A stretch of 64,000 nucleotides of DNA. Origin: Polyangiaceae bacterium. Lineage in GTDB: Bacteria; Myxococcota_A; Polyangia; Polyangiales; Polyangiaceae. Under the pieces are notes generated by a model. It saw only the letters and a list, made by a program, of their open reading frames with translations, was not told where the DNA came from and searched no databases. Each line of letters starts with the position of its first letter. Within the stretch, counting starts at the first letter, position 1. The translations under genes and the position numbers were made by a program. The stretch lies in the NCBI GenBank assembly GCA_033763455.1, contig JANRKO010000033.1:128001-192000 (forward strand), written 5' to 3'. Of this stretch, positions 37,134-45,967 are shown piece after piece.

Positions 37134-38327
37134 ATGAACGTGCATCCACAAGCTACCTCGAAGCTAAACCGCGCCGTCGACTTGGCGCAGCTCCAAGCGC
37201 AAATTCGTACGCTGATAACGCTTGAGGAGACGGAAACGCCTGTAATCAGCTGCTACGTGCGCCGTGTGGTTCGCCCCGATGGTGGCGAAATTCCCGAATT
37301 TGCGCACCGCTTACAAGCGATTCGGAACGTGTTGCGCGGCAAGGAGCTCGAGCAATTCGAAGAAAGGTTCGCTCGGGTCCAGAGCTACCTCAGCTCAGAT
37401 CTGCTGCCAAAAACACAGGGAATTGCCATATTCGCGCGCGGCGGGCGGAGCCCGTTCTTTATGGCGCTGGAGTTTGAGGTGCCTCTTCCGAACCGGCTCT
37501 CGGTGAATTCAACCCCCGACGTTTACCACCTGGTGGAGCTGAAAGACACATATCACCGCTTCGTGGTCCTTATTTCCACAGAGCATAGCGCTCGCATCTT
37601 GGAGGTGAACCTAGGAACCATTTCGCGTCAGCTCTGGGCGGAACGGCCCGAGCTCCGAAGCCGCGTAGGGAAAGAATGGACGCACGATCACTACCAAAAT
37701 CATCGACGGGATCGTGGCGAGGAATTCATGCAAGAGAAGATTGCGCTGGTTGAAAGGTTGATGGCGGCGGAAGGCCACACTCACCTGATTTTGGCGGGTG
37801 TGCCACACCTTGCCCAGCGCGTACGCGAGCGGCTCCCTAAGCACATTCAGGACAAAATAATGGATGTTGTCCCTACGCCAGAGTACGCGGGCGTTGTGGA
37901 TGTGGTTGCGAGCACGTTGTCAGCTTTCATTCAAGGGATTCAGGCTCAGTCGCACAGTGCGGCGTGGAAACTCGAAGATGCACTCCGAACGGGAGGGTTA
38001 GCCGTATGCGGCACCGAAGCCACGTATGAGGCCCTCCGCCAAGGTCAAGTGGACGTGCTGGTGATGGCGCGCGAGTACGACGGCAGCATCGCCTGGCATT
38101 GCCCGAAGTGCGGGTGGGCGCAGACCGTGCATGTGCGTCCCCCCATATGCCCAGATTGCGAACACCAAGAGCTCCGCACGGTGAATCTGAAGGAAGAGAT
38201 GATCCGCACAGCGGAGCGGCAAGGGGTGAAGCTCGAATTGGTACAGCAAAGCGAAACGCTGCTGCGGCTTGGGGGCATTGGATGTCTGCTCCGCTGGGAA
38301 AGGAAACCAAACTGGTCTGATTCGTGA
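37134..38327 (+). CDS. aeRF1/pelota-like bacterial release-factor homologue (baeRF/Balon-like) with zinc ribbon
   Basis: PVISCY, GIAIFA, VVLISTEHSARI, HYQNHR, LILAG, LAVCGTEATYEALRQGQVDVLVM (L7Ae-like domain), CPKC/CPDC, LGGIGCLLR; ggagga SD upstream. Confidence 0.85.
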   Translation: MNVHPQATSKLNRAVDLAQLQAQIRTLITLEETETPVISCYVRRVVRPDGGEIPEFAHRLQAIRNVLRGKELEQFEERFARVQSYLSSDLLPKTQGIAIFARGGRSPFFMALEFEVPLPNRLSVNSTPDVYHLVELKDTYHRFVVLISTEHSARILEVNLGTISRQLWAERPELRSRVGKEWTHDHYQNHRRDRGEEFMQEKIALVERLMAAEGHTHLILAGVPHLAQRVRERLPKHIQDKIMDVVPTPEYAGVVDVVASTLSAFIQGIQAQSHSAAWKLEDALRTGGLAVCGTEATYEALRQGQVDVLVMAREYDGSIAWHCPKCGWAQTVHVRPPICPDCEHQELRTVNLKEEMIRTAERQGVKLELVQQSETLLRLGGIGCLLRWERKPNWSDS

Positions 38328-39121
38328 ACATGCCCAAGTCCACTTTGCGCGGCCGCCTGCAATCGCTGGTCGAACACCCACGTTTCGATCAGATCGTGGT
38401 AGCAATCATCGTGGCTAACGCCATCATTTTGGGGCTAGAAACCTCCGCTGACCTCACCGCGCGTTTCGGGGGCTTGCTCCGAATACTAGACCACACGGCG
38501 CTCCTCTTCTTCGTGCTTGAGCTAATGCTTAGAATGTTCGTTTATCGCGGTCGATTCTTGCGAGATCCGTGGCGAGTGTTCGATCTATTGGTGGTCGGCA
38601 TTGCACTTTTCCCTGCAAGCGAAGTGTTTAGCGTCCTCCGAACGCTGAGAGTACTGCGCGTCTTGCGCTTGGTGTCTATAGTGCCATCTATGCGCCGTGT
38701 TGTGAGTGCGTTGCTCACGGCGCTACCAGGCATGGCGTCCATCATGGGGCTCATGTCGCTCTTGCTTTACGTTTCTGCAGTTGCGGCTACCAAGCTTTTT
38801 GGAGCCATCGCGCCTGAGTATTTTGGTGGATTTGGCGCCTCGCTCTTCACTCTTTTTCAGATAATGACGGTCGAAGGCTGGCCCGATATAGCGCGCACCG
38901 TAATGGAGAAGTCACCCTACGCATGGGTGTTCTTCGTGACATATCTTCTCATTGGGACGTTCATGGTGCTCAATCTCTTCATTGCTGTTGTGGTGAATGC
39001 CATGCAGGCAAAAGTGGCCGAAGATCTCAAGGACGAGGGGGACGCACACACCCAGCAAATCCTGAGCGAGTTGCGCAGCGTGCGTCAGGAGCTTGAGGCA
39101 CTGCGGAAGCACCAAAGCTAA
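38324..39121 (+). CDS. 6-TM voltage-gated cation channel (BacNav/NaChBac-like ion transporter)
   Basis: NAIILGLET, DPWRVFD, S4 LRTLRVLRVLRLVS, pore LFQIMTVEGW, S6 LNLFIAVVVNAM, C-terminal coiled coil; GTG 38324 or ATG 38330. Confidence 0.93.
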   Translation: MNMPKSTLRGRLQSLVEHPRFDQIVVAIIVANAIILGLETSADLTARFGGLLRILDHTALLFFVLELMLRMFVYRGRFLRDPWRVFDLLVVGIALFPASEVFSVLRTLRVLRVLRLVSIVPSMRRVVSALLTALPGMASIMGLMSLLLYVSAVAATKLFGAIAPEYFGGFGASLFTLFQIMTVEGWPDIARTVMEKSPYAWVFFVTYLLIGTFMVLNLFIAVVVNAMQAKVAEDLKDEGDAHTQQILSELRSVRQELEALRKHQS

Positions 39122-39189
39122 CCGGGGTGCAAAGTGGCGATTTTCTAGAAACGATGGCGGAGCTGAGCAAGACGTCCTAGATATCCTGC

Positions 39190-39702
39190 GTGGCAAACGA
39201 ACGTTCCAGTGAACTTTTTGCACCCACGGAGCCGCCCGTACCCCGGTGGGTTGAGCAATGGGTTAAGCTTTCGGAAACTGCCTGGGTTCTACCGGGGACG
39301 AACCTTCGCTTCGGGCTTGATTCGGTGCTGGGCTTCTTGCTGCCGGGCCTGGGAGACTGGATTTCATCAATGGCTGCGCTGGGAATGATCGGTGAAGCCG
39401 CGCGGCGGCAGGTCCCCGTGTCTGTGCTTGTTCGTATGCTAGTCAACGTGATGCTCGACACGGCGTTGGGCAGCATTCCTCTGCTCGGCGATGTTTATGA
39501 CTTTTTCTTTCGTTCCAACACAAAGAACCTAGAGCTCTTCCGCCGGCACTCGGGGCCCATTCTGCCAACTGGGGAAGCCACCCGTCGGCTTGTCTTGGCC
39601 CTGGGCCTCATCGTGGCCACAGCGGCCGTCCTTTTCTGGGTGAGCGTCATGGGCCTGGTATCGCTGGCACTTTGGGCATTCTTGCGCGAAAAGCTGAGCT
39701 GA
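39190..39702 (+). CDS. DUF4112 family membrane protein
   Basis: PGT..RFGLDS.LG..LPG.GD, RML.NV..D...GSIPL.GD.YDFFF.SN..N. Confidence 0.88.
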   Translation: MANERSSELFAPTEPPVPRWVEQWVKLSETAWVLPGTNLRFGLDSVLGFLLPGLGDWISSMAALGMIGEAARRQVPVSVLVRMLVNVMLDTALGSIPLLGDVYDFFFRSNTKNLELFRRHSGPILPTGEATRRLVLALGLIVATAAVLFWVSVMGLVSLALWAFLREKLS

Positions 39703-39706
39703 TCAT

Positions 39707-39725
39707 CTGTAGGTATTACCTACAG
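39707..39725. promoter_or_regulatory. perfect 19-bp palindrome (operator or terminator stem)
   Basis: ctgtaggta-t-tacctacag, 4 nt after the DUF4112 stop, followed by tttaattcttttttg. Confidence 0.55.
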
Positions 39726-39793
39726 TTTAATTCTTTTTTGTCCTCTTGTTCTACGTTCTCCAGGCCTCATGCTTAGAGTCAGAAGGGCCAGCC

Positions 39794-40930
39794 ATGCGTA
39801 ACTCTCTGCGAATCGGTTCAATGTTTGGAATTCCTGTATTGGTGCACGTTAGCTTCTCGCTGATCGTGCTCCTCGGGGCCGTCCAAGGCGGCGTCGCTCA
39901 CGGGTCAAGAGGCATCTTGTTCGGTGTGGCGAGCATGCTGATTATCTTTGCTTCCGTAGTGCTCCACGAGCTAGGGCATGCACTCATGGCTCGGCGCTTT
40001 GGCATTCAAACGGTCGACGTAACGCTCTATCCACTCGGCGGTATTGCCAGGATGAGCGGGGAGGCGAAGAGCCCATGGCAGGACGTAGCTATTTCAGTCG
40101 CCGGACCAGCGGTGAACCTGCTGCTCTTCATTGGCATCGCAGCTATTGGTCTTCAGATGGGCTTCATCTCAGCTGATATTCCGAAGTCTCTAGGTGCTAC
40201 GCCTCAGGGCTTGTTGCTGGTGGGCCTTACCGCCAATCTCATGTTGTTCCTGTTCAATTTGCTTCCCTTCTTTCCGCTTGATGGCGGCCGGATCTTGCGT
40301 TCTTTGCTGACGCTCAAAGTTGGGGCATCACGCGCCACACTCTGGGCGGCGCGCACTGGCCAAGCCGGCGCCGTTGCAATTGGACTTTTCGGAATACTCT
40401 CAGGCAACCTGCTAACGGCTCTGGTGGCGGGCTTCCTGTTTATCTCCGCATCTCAAGCGCTCGCTCAATCTCAGTTTGAAAGTGCCACGGCACACGTTAC
40501 TGTCGGTGAGGCCTATGAGCGTGGGAGTATTATCCTAGAGCCCGCCATGCAGTTGCATGCCGCGTTTGAGACACTGAGGCATTCGTCCCAGGTAGCCTTC
40601 CCGGTGGCTCTTGAAGGGCAGCTTCTTGGCGCGATTCACCGAGACGAGCTACTTGCCAAGCAATTGGCAAATGAGAGCCACGGGTACGTGTCGAGCATCA
40701 TGCATCGCAGCCTCCCTGAGTTCGCTTCAAACGCCCCACTCGGCGGCTTTCTGGAGCTCGCCAAAGAGAACCCGCGCGTAATTGCAGCGGTCAGAGAAGA
40801 AGGGGCACTCTTAGGGTTCCTGACGCTAGAGCATGTGCTCAAGAGCCGAATTTCGACGCCCCCAGCACCAGAGCCTGGGGGGAAGACTCCTGCGGGCACG
40901 CGTGGCGTGCTTGGTGAAGATCGCAGCTAA
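39794..40930 (+). CDS. site-2 protease (M50) with C-terminal CBS domains
   Basis: LHELGH, LYPLGGIA, AGPAVN, FNLLPFFPLDGGR; CBS-like FPV...LLG pair; start at ATG 39794. Confidence 0.92.
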   Translation: MRNSLRIGSMFGIPVLVHVSFSLIVLLGAVQGGVAHGSRGILFGVASMLIIFASVVLHELGHALMARRFGIQTVDVTLYPLGGIARMSGEAKSPWQDVAISVAGPAVNLLLFIGIAAIGLQMGFISADIPKSLGATPQGLLLVGLTANLMLFLFNLLPFFPLDGGRILRSLLTLKVGASRATLWAARTGQAGAVAIGLFGILSGNLLTALVAGFLFISASQALAQSQFESATAHVTVGEAYERGSIILEPAMQLHAAFETLRHSSQVAFPVALEGQLLGAIHRDELLAKQLANESHGYVSSIMHRSLPEFASNAPLGGFLELAKENPRVIAAVREEGALLGFLTLEHVLKSRISTPPAPEPGGKTPAGTRGVLGEDRS

Positions 40931-40948
40931 AGGACCGGAACAAGAAAA

Positions 40949-42151
40949 ATGTTAGACCTTCAACTACTCGCTCAAACCGCGGCCGTGGCGCCCGACCCCA
41001 AGCTGATTGCTCACGGCTTGTTTCTCTTGATGGTGGTGGCATTTCTTGCCCTTGACCTCGGCGTATTCCATCGCGATGCGCACGAGGTTTCAATGAAGGA
41101 GGCGCTCACCTGGTCTGTTATTTGGGTAACGTTGGGTCTTGCGTTTTCGCTAGTCGTCTATGCTGCCTATGAGGGTCAGTGGTTCAGCTTAGGCGCCAAC
41201 ACTGCGCTCTATAACCCCGCTGCCAACACGGACCCTGCGGCTCCGCTACTTATCACCGGCACCGTCAGTGGGTTTGAGGCCGCCAAGCAGTACCTCACGG
41301 GCTACGTGGTGGAAAAGTCCCTCGCGATGGACAACATCTTCGTAATCGCGATCCTCTTCGGGTATTTCGCCGTGCCGGCAAAGTACCAACACCGAGTGCT
41401 ATTCTGGGGTATTCTCGGGGCGCTCGTAATGCGCGGTGCGATGATCGCCGTCGGCGGTAGCTTGATTCTTCAGTACCAGTGGGTGCTCATTATCTTCGGC
41501 CTCTTCCTCTTGCTTACCGCAGTCAAGATGGTGTTCGCGGGTGAGGAGAAAGATCCCACCAACAATCCCGTTGTGCGGCTAATGAAGCGTATTTTTCCGG
41601 TCACCGAGTTTTACGACGGCCAACGTTTCATTACCAAGCGCACCCTCGCGCCCACTTACAGCCGCGATCCGAACACTGGCAAAGAAGTTCAAGACCCGCC
41701 TCCAGCTGGCACACTCAGAGCCCGCTGGGCCATCACGCCGCTGCTTTTGGTGCTTGTCTTGGTGGAGATCACCGACCTCGTCTTCGCGGTCGACAGCATT
41801 CCCGCCATCTTCGCGATAACTCCAGACCCGTTTATCGTCTTTACGAGCAACGTTTTCGCTATATTGGGCCTGCGTTCGCTCTATTTTTGCCTGGCGGCCT
41901 TGATTTCAAAGTTCCGCTTCTTGAAGCCTGCGCTCATCCTCATCTTGGCCTTCGTTGGCGTAAAGCTCCTGTTGCTTAGCGTCCCCCCATACCTCGACGA
42001 CATGGGTGCGATATTTGGAGTCGCCCTCGAAGCCGGTAGCGCCATCAAAGTGAGCACCACGCTGTCGCTCTCTGTTGTCCTAGGGTTGCTTGCGAGTGCC
42101 GTTATCGCTTCTATCCTTGCCCCATCACCCAAAGAGGCAAAGAGCAGCTAG
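40949..42151 (+). CDS. TerC/Alx family membrane protein
   Basis: YLTGYVVEKSLAMDNIFV, YQHRVLFWGILGALVMR, TDLVFAVDSIPA, FIVFTSNVFAILGLRSLYF. Confidence 0.95.
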   Translation: MLDLQLLAQTAAVAPDPKLIAHGLFLLMVVAFLALDLGVFHRDAHEVSMKEALTWSVIWVTLGLAFSLVVYAAYEGQWFSLGANTALYNPAANTDPAAPLLITGTVSGFEAAKQYLTGYVVEKSLAMDNIFVIAILFGYFAVPAKYQHRVLFWGILGALVMRGAMIAVGGSLILQYQWVLIIFGLFLLLTAVKMVFAGEEKDPTNNPVVRLMKRIFPVTEFYDGQRFITKRTLAPTYSRDPNTGKEVQDPPPAGTLRARWAITPLLLVLVLVEITDLVFAVDSIPAIFAITPDPFIVFTSNVFAILGLRSLYFCLAALISKFRFLKPALILILAFVGVKLLLLSVPPYLDDMGAIFGVALEAGSAIKVSTTLSLSVVLGLLASAVIASILAPSPKEAKSS

Positions 42152-42170
42152 GCTGAAGGTCCCCACGTTG

Positions 42171-42197
42171 CGGCTAGCCGGGTTCCCCGGTTAGCCG
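42171..42197. terminator. 12-bp stem-loop at the convergent terC/bfd junction
   Basis: cggctagccggg-ttc-cccggttagccg (one G-U pair); no clear U-tract. Confidence 0.5.
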
Positions 42198-42397
42198 GCT
42201 TCGCGGAAGTGGCACGGCTCACTTTTCCGAACTTGTTCCAATTCTTCGTCCAGAATTTCGGCGATGGTGCCCTCGCAGCCACCGCACCCGCCGCCCGCGC
42301 CACAGGTTCGTGTGACGCCCGCAGAAGTCCGTGCTCCCAACGATATGGCTCGTCGCACCTCACGATCATTCACGCCCAAGCAATGACAGACAATCAC
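42191..42397 (-). CDS. bfd: bacterioferritin-associated [2Fe-2S] ferredoxin
   Basis: MIVCHC.GV....V...I..GA.......CGAG.GCGGC; adjacent to bfr. Confidence 0.92.
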   Translation of the reverse strand: MIVCHCLGVNDREVRRAISLGARTSAGVTRTCGAGGGCGGCEGTIAEILDEELEQVRKSEPCHFREAG

Positions 42398-42416
42398 AGC
42401 GCTTGGAGTGTAGCTT

Positions 42417-42438
42417 ATTGAAAATGACTTTCAATATC
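42417..42438. promoter_or_regulatory. Fur-box-like operator upstream of bfd
   Basis: attgaaaatgactttcaatatc; 42420-42438 matches GATAATGATAATCATTATC at 14/19 by manual count; AT-rich island in a GC-rich background. Confidence 0.7.
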
Positions 42439-42705
42439 AATTTGTCGAGGCGAGTATAGATCGGATTTTACTGAATCATATTGAATGCTTAACCCATAGG
42501 GGAGCACCTCCCATGCCATGGTATCCAGGGGACGCAGGCCCACCAGCCTATTGGGCCTCCCCGCCGCCCTCCCCGCCTTCTGGGCTCGAGAACAGAGGAT
42601 CAGCAGCGTGAATCATTCGCGCTGCGCCCCACACAACTCCTACAAGAACGCGCGGTAACTTCTAGCTAGACTCGACTCCCACCTTTCAACCCGACGGACC
42701 ACCTC

Positions 42706-43176
42706 ATGCAAGGTAACGCCAAAGTCATCGAAACCCTGAACGAAGTTCTAACTTCCGAGTTAACGGCAATAAACCAATACTTCATTCACTTCAAGCTCTG
42801 TAAAAATTGGGGATATCCGCGCATCGCGCACAAGAAGCGAGAAGAATCCATCGAGGAGATGAAACACGCCGACGAAATCATCGAACGCATCCTATTTCTC
42901 GGTGGCATCCCCAACATGCAACGCATGAATCCCGTGCGCGTGGGTGAACGCCCAGATGAGCAACACCGGCTCGATCTTGCGCTTGAGGTGGAAGCGGTGG
43001 AGCGCCTCAATCGTGGCATCGAAGAAGCACGCTTGGCGGCGGACAACGGCACCCGAGCTCTCTTGGAAAAAATCCTCAGTAATGAAGAGGAATCTATTGA
43101 TTGGCTCGAAACACAGCTGCACTTGATCGGCGAGCTGGGCCTTGAACGCTACCTAGCGGAGCAAACGCACTCTTGA
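42706..43176 (+). CDS. bfr: bacterioferritin
   Basis: LT.ELTAINQYF.H, ESIEEMKHAD (heme Met), RILFL.G.PN, WLETQL.LI..LG..RYL. Confidence 0.96.
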   Translation: MQGNAKVIETLNEVLTSELTAINQYFIHFKLCKNWGYPRIAHKKREESIEEMKHADEIIERILFLGGIPNMQRMNPVRVGERPDEQHRLDLALEVEAVERLNRGIEEARLAADNGTRALLEKILSNEEESIDWLETQLHLIGELGLERYLAEQTHS

Positions 43177-43210
43177 TTTCAAGGGCTAGGCCCGAAAGAG
43201 AGAGGTTCGC

Positions 43211-44515
43211 ATGAAGCTTCGGCGCAACGTCGTGGTGATTGGTGGGGGGTTCGGTGGCCTCGCATTGACGCGTGAGCTCGCCAAAATGCCCGTCCACGTA
43301 ACGCTTGTGGATCGGTCGAATCACCACCTCTTTCAGCCTCTGCTCTATCAGGTCGCAATGGCAGGCCTTTCTCCTGGGGAGATTGCAGTGCCCATTCGCT
43401 CGGTGCTGAGCAAGCAGGAGAACGCTCGTGTTCTTTTGGCCGAAGTCACCCACGTGGATCTGGAAGCGCGCCAGGTTCACACTCAACAAACCAAGCCGCT
43501 GCCGTACGACTATTTGGTAATAGCTACTGGGGCTCGCAATAGCTATTTTGGGAACGATACGTGGGCGCAGGCGGCACCCGGCCTGAAAGATCTGGATGAT
43601 GCCATAGAGATCAGGCGGCGTGTTCTCTTGGCTTTTGAGGCGGCCGAACTCGAAGCTGACCCCACGTTGCAGCAACGATACCTCACGTTTGTGGTGATCG
43701 GCGGTGGGCCCACAGGGGTGGAATTGGCGGGCGCAATAGCCGAGCTTGCTACGTTTGTTTTGGCCCGTGATTTTCGCTCCATTCATTCGGACAGAACTCG
43801 CGTGGTGCTTGTTGAAGGCGGCGAGCGCATATTGGGCAGCTTCGCCCCGGAGCTTTCGGTTCGCGCGCGGCAAAGTCTGGTCGACATGGGAGTGGAGGTG
43901 CGCTCAGGGCTGAGAGTCACAGCTATCGACGCGGGGGGTGTTTCATGTGGGGATGAGCGCATAGAAACTGCCACTGTGCTTTGGGCCGCAGGCGTTGCAG
44001 CCTCCCCCTTGTGTAAAAGCCTGGGGTTCGAAGTGGATCGCCAAGGAAGGGCCAAGGTTGAGCCTGATTGTTCGCTCCCTCAACTGTCCGAAGTCTTCGT
44101 GATTGGAGATGCCGCTTGCTTCATTCCGAAAGGCACCGCCATACCCCTACCCGGCGTAAGCCCCGTAGCTATGCAACAGGGCCGCTTCGTTGCACGGCAG
44201 ATCGCCCGCAGCTTAGAGGGAAAACCTCGCGAACAGTTCGAGTACCTGGATAAAGGCTCCATGGCCACCATCGGCCGTCGCCGCGCCGTCGCTCAACTCG
44301 GCAAGCTCAGGCTCTCAGGGTTTGTGGCCTGGCTTGCGTGGCTCTTCGTACACATCTTCTACCTCATCGACTTTCGCAATCGTCTCGTCGTGCTTTTGGA
44401 TTGGACATTCGCCTATTTTTCGTACCGACGCGGCTCGCGGCTGATAACTGGACGCCGATTGCAGGCCGGCGCACCTGAGGTCACCCACCCTAAGCCGGCC
44501 CCGTCGCACCTTTAG
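43211..44515 (+). CDS. ndh: type II NADH:quinone oxidoreductase
   Basis: VVVIGGGFGG, HLFQPLLYQVA, IGGGPTGVELAG, WAAGV, IGDAA, A.QQG, DKGSMATIGR. Confidence 0.93.
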   Translation: MKLRRNVVVIGGGFGGLALTRELAKMPVHVTLVDRSNHHLFQPLLYQVAMAGLSPGEIAVPIRSVLSKQENARVLLAEVTHVDLEARQVHTQQTKPLPYDYLVIATGARNSYFGNDTWAQAAPGLKDLDDAIEIRRRVLLAFEAAELEADPTLQQRYLTFVVIGGGPTGVELAGAIAELATFVLARDFRSIHSDRTRVVLVEGGERILGSFAPELSVRARQSLVDMGVEVRSGLRVTAIDAGGVSCGDERIETATVLWAAGVAASPLCKSLGFEVDRQGRAKVEPDCSLPQLSEVFVIGDAACFIPKGTAIPLPGVSPVAMQQGRFVARQIARSLEGKPREQFEYLDKGSMATIGRRRAVAQLGKLRLSGFVAWLAWLFVHIFYLIDFRNRLVVLLDWTFAYFSYRRGSRLITGRRLQAGAPEVTHPKPAPSHL

Positions 44516-44547
44516 CCTTCTCGGCGCCCCCCCCGCCGATTGACGCC

Positions 44548-45861
44548 TCAGCGCTTCCCCACTTCGCGCTGAGCTTGATTCCAGGCGTCACGCTGCTTGG
44601 AGAGTGAATCCTTAAGTGAGCGCGCTTTCGCCTCTGCCTCCGCCGCCGCCGATACGTCGATGGAAAGCTCCCCGTTCCCAGCGAACTCGGACGTGACGTT
44701 CAAAGGAGTGGGGATCAGATCGAACTGGAGGAATGGACGCACCCGCGTTGCCGATCCATCAACAAGCACTAGCGTATCGGCGAGCACAGGCTCATCCGCT
44801 ACGCTCACGGGGCTTGAATCGCTGAGTGGTAAGACACGGTTGAAGAACCCAAAGGTGACCGGACCCGTCTCATCGGAGACAAGATAATAGTGAAGACTAC
44901 CGATGGTCACCCACGCGGGGCCGTGATTGGCAACTGTCATAGTCAAGCCCGAAGCGCTCGCGCACAGGTTTTTCGGAAGCACTTTGGTGCTCGCCTTCGC
45001 GGATGCAAGCGGCGTATCCATCTGCAATTCGACCTGCGCGAGAGAAGTAAACACATCGCCAACGACGGAAGTGATACCAAAAAAGTATCCCGTTTCGTTG
45101 GTCTGCAAACAGGTGGACGAATAAATCCCCGAAGTGCCTCCCACCGATCCCTCGACGTAGGTGACCGTTTCGGTGGCGAGAGCCACGCCGTTGCTGTTCT
45201 GTAGCGCGCTCGCCTTGGTGGAGTGAAAGCACGCTGTTCCGACTCCCGTGTACGTGATGGGAATGATCCACTGCACGTAGGTGCTGCCTACATAGGAACG
45301 AGTGGCATAACCTTGACCAAGCGTGTACGGCGGGAACGTGCCTGGGCTGAATTTGGCTGTAATTGGCTTGCGCAATTGGCTGTTGGGAGTTGTACCCGAC
45401 CCCAAGCTTAGCCCGCGAAATTCAGCCGAATTGCCGCCGAGCTCAACGGGAGGGCTGCCGGATACGCTGCCCACTACAGGCCCCTTGCAGTTGTACTCCG
45501 CGCCAAGATTCGGGATCGCCGGCGAATTCTGCACTCCGCCCGTGCCCACAGAACCACCGACATTCGAACCGCCCGGTCCGGAACCACCGCTCACCGAACC
45601 ACCAGCATTCGAACCGACTGCGGCCGAACCACCGCTCACCGAACCCCCAGCATTCGAGCCACCCGTTGAGACCGAGCCACCCGTCGTGGAATTGCCGGAA
45701 ACATTCGTAGCGGCGCCCCCGGAAGCCGCGCCGGCAGCCGCACTACCTGACCCCGTGGCGTGTTCCTTTCCCCCACATGCTGCAAGAAGAAGGGCAGCTG
45801 CAGTGAGTCCAACGAGCGACGAACGACGAGAATCAAGAGTTAAGCATTTTGAACGAGTCAT
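44548..45861 (-). CDS. hypothetical lipoprotein with Gly/Ser repeat linker
   Basis: Lipobox LAA-C, SNAGGSVSGGS repeats, beta-rich domain; start at ATG 45861. Confidence 0.7.
   Translation of the reverse strand: MTRSKCLTLDSRRSSLVGLTAAALLLAACGGKEHATGSGSAAAGAASGGAATNVSGNSTTGGSVSTGGSNAGGSVSGGSAAVGSNAGGSVSGGSGPGGSNVGGSVGTGGVQNSPAIPNLGAEYNCKGPVVGSVSGSPPVELGGNSAEFRGLSLGSGTTPNSQLRKPITAKFSPGTFPPYTLGQGYATRSYVGSTYVQWIIPITYTGVGTACFHSTKASALQNSNGVALATETVTYVEGSVGGTSGIYSSTCLQTNETGYFFGITSVVGDVFTSLAQVELQMDTPLASAKASTKVLPKNLCASASGLTMTVANHGPAWVTIGSLHYYLVSDETGPVTFGFFNRVLPLSDSSPVSVADEPVLADTLVLVDGSATRVRPFLQFDLIPTPLNVTSEFAGNGELSIDVSAAAEAEAKARSLKDSLSKQRDAWNQAQREVGKR
45581..45657. repeat. 32-bp coding direct repeat (45-bp period) in the Gly/Ser linker
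   Basis: gaaccaccgctcaccgaacc(a/c)ccagcattcga at 45581-45612 and 45626-45657. Confidence 0.85.
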
Positions 45862-45967
45862 GCCGCGAGCAATAGCAAGGGCACACTGCGCACCACAATC
45901 AGGAGAAACCCTTGGTTTTGTCGAAATATCTAAAACCATGCACGCGCTTTCCCGCCTCAATGAAACT

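Noticed and set aside
36488..37225. 245-aa Pro-rich ORF on + strand
   Set aside because: Antisense shadow of the Gly-rich linker of the cytochrome lipoprotein; no independent motif
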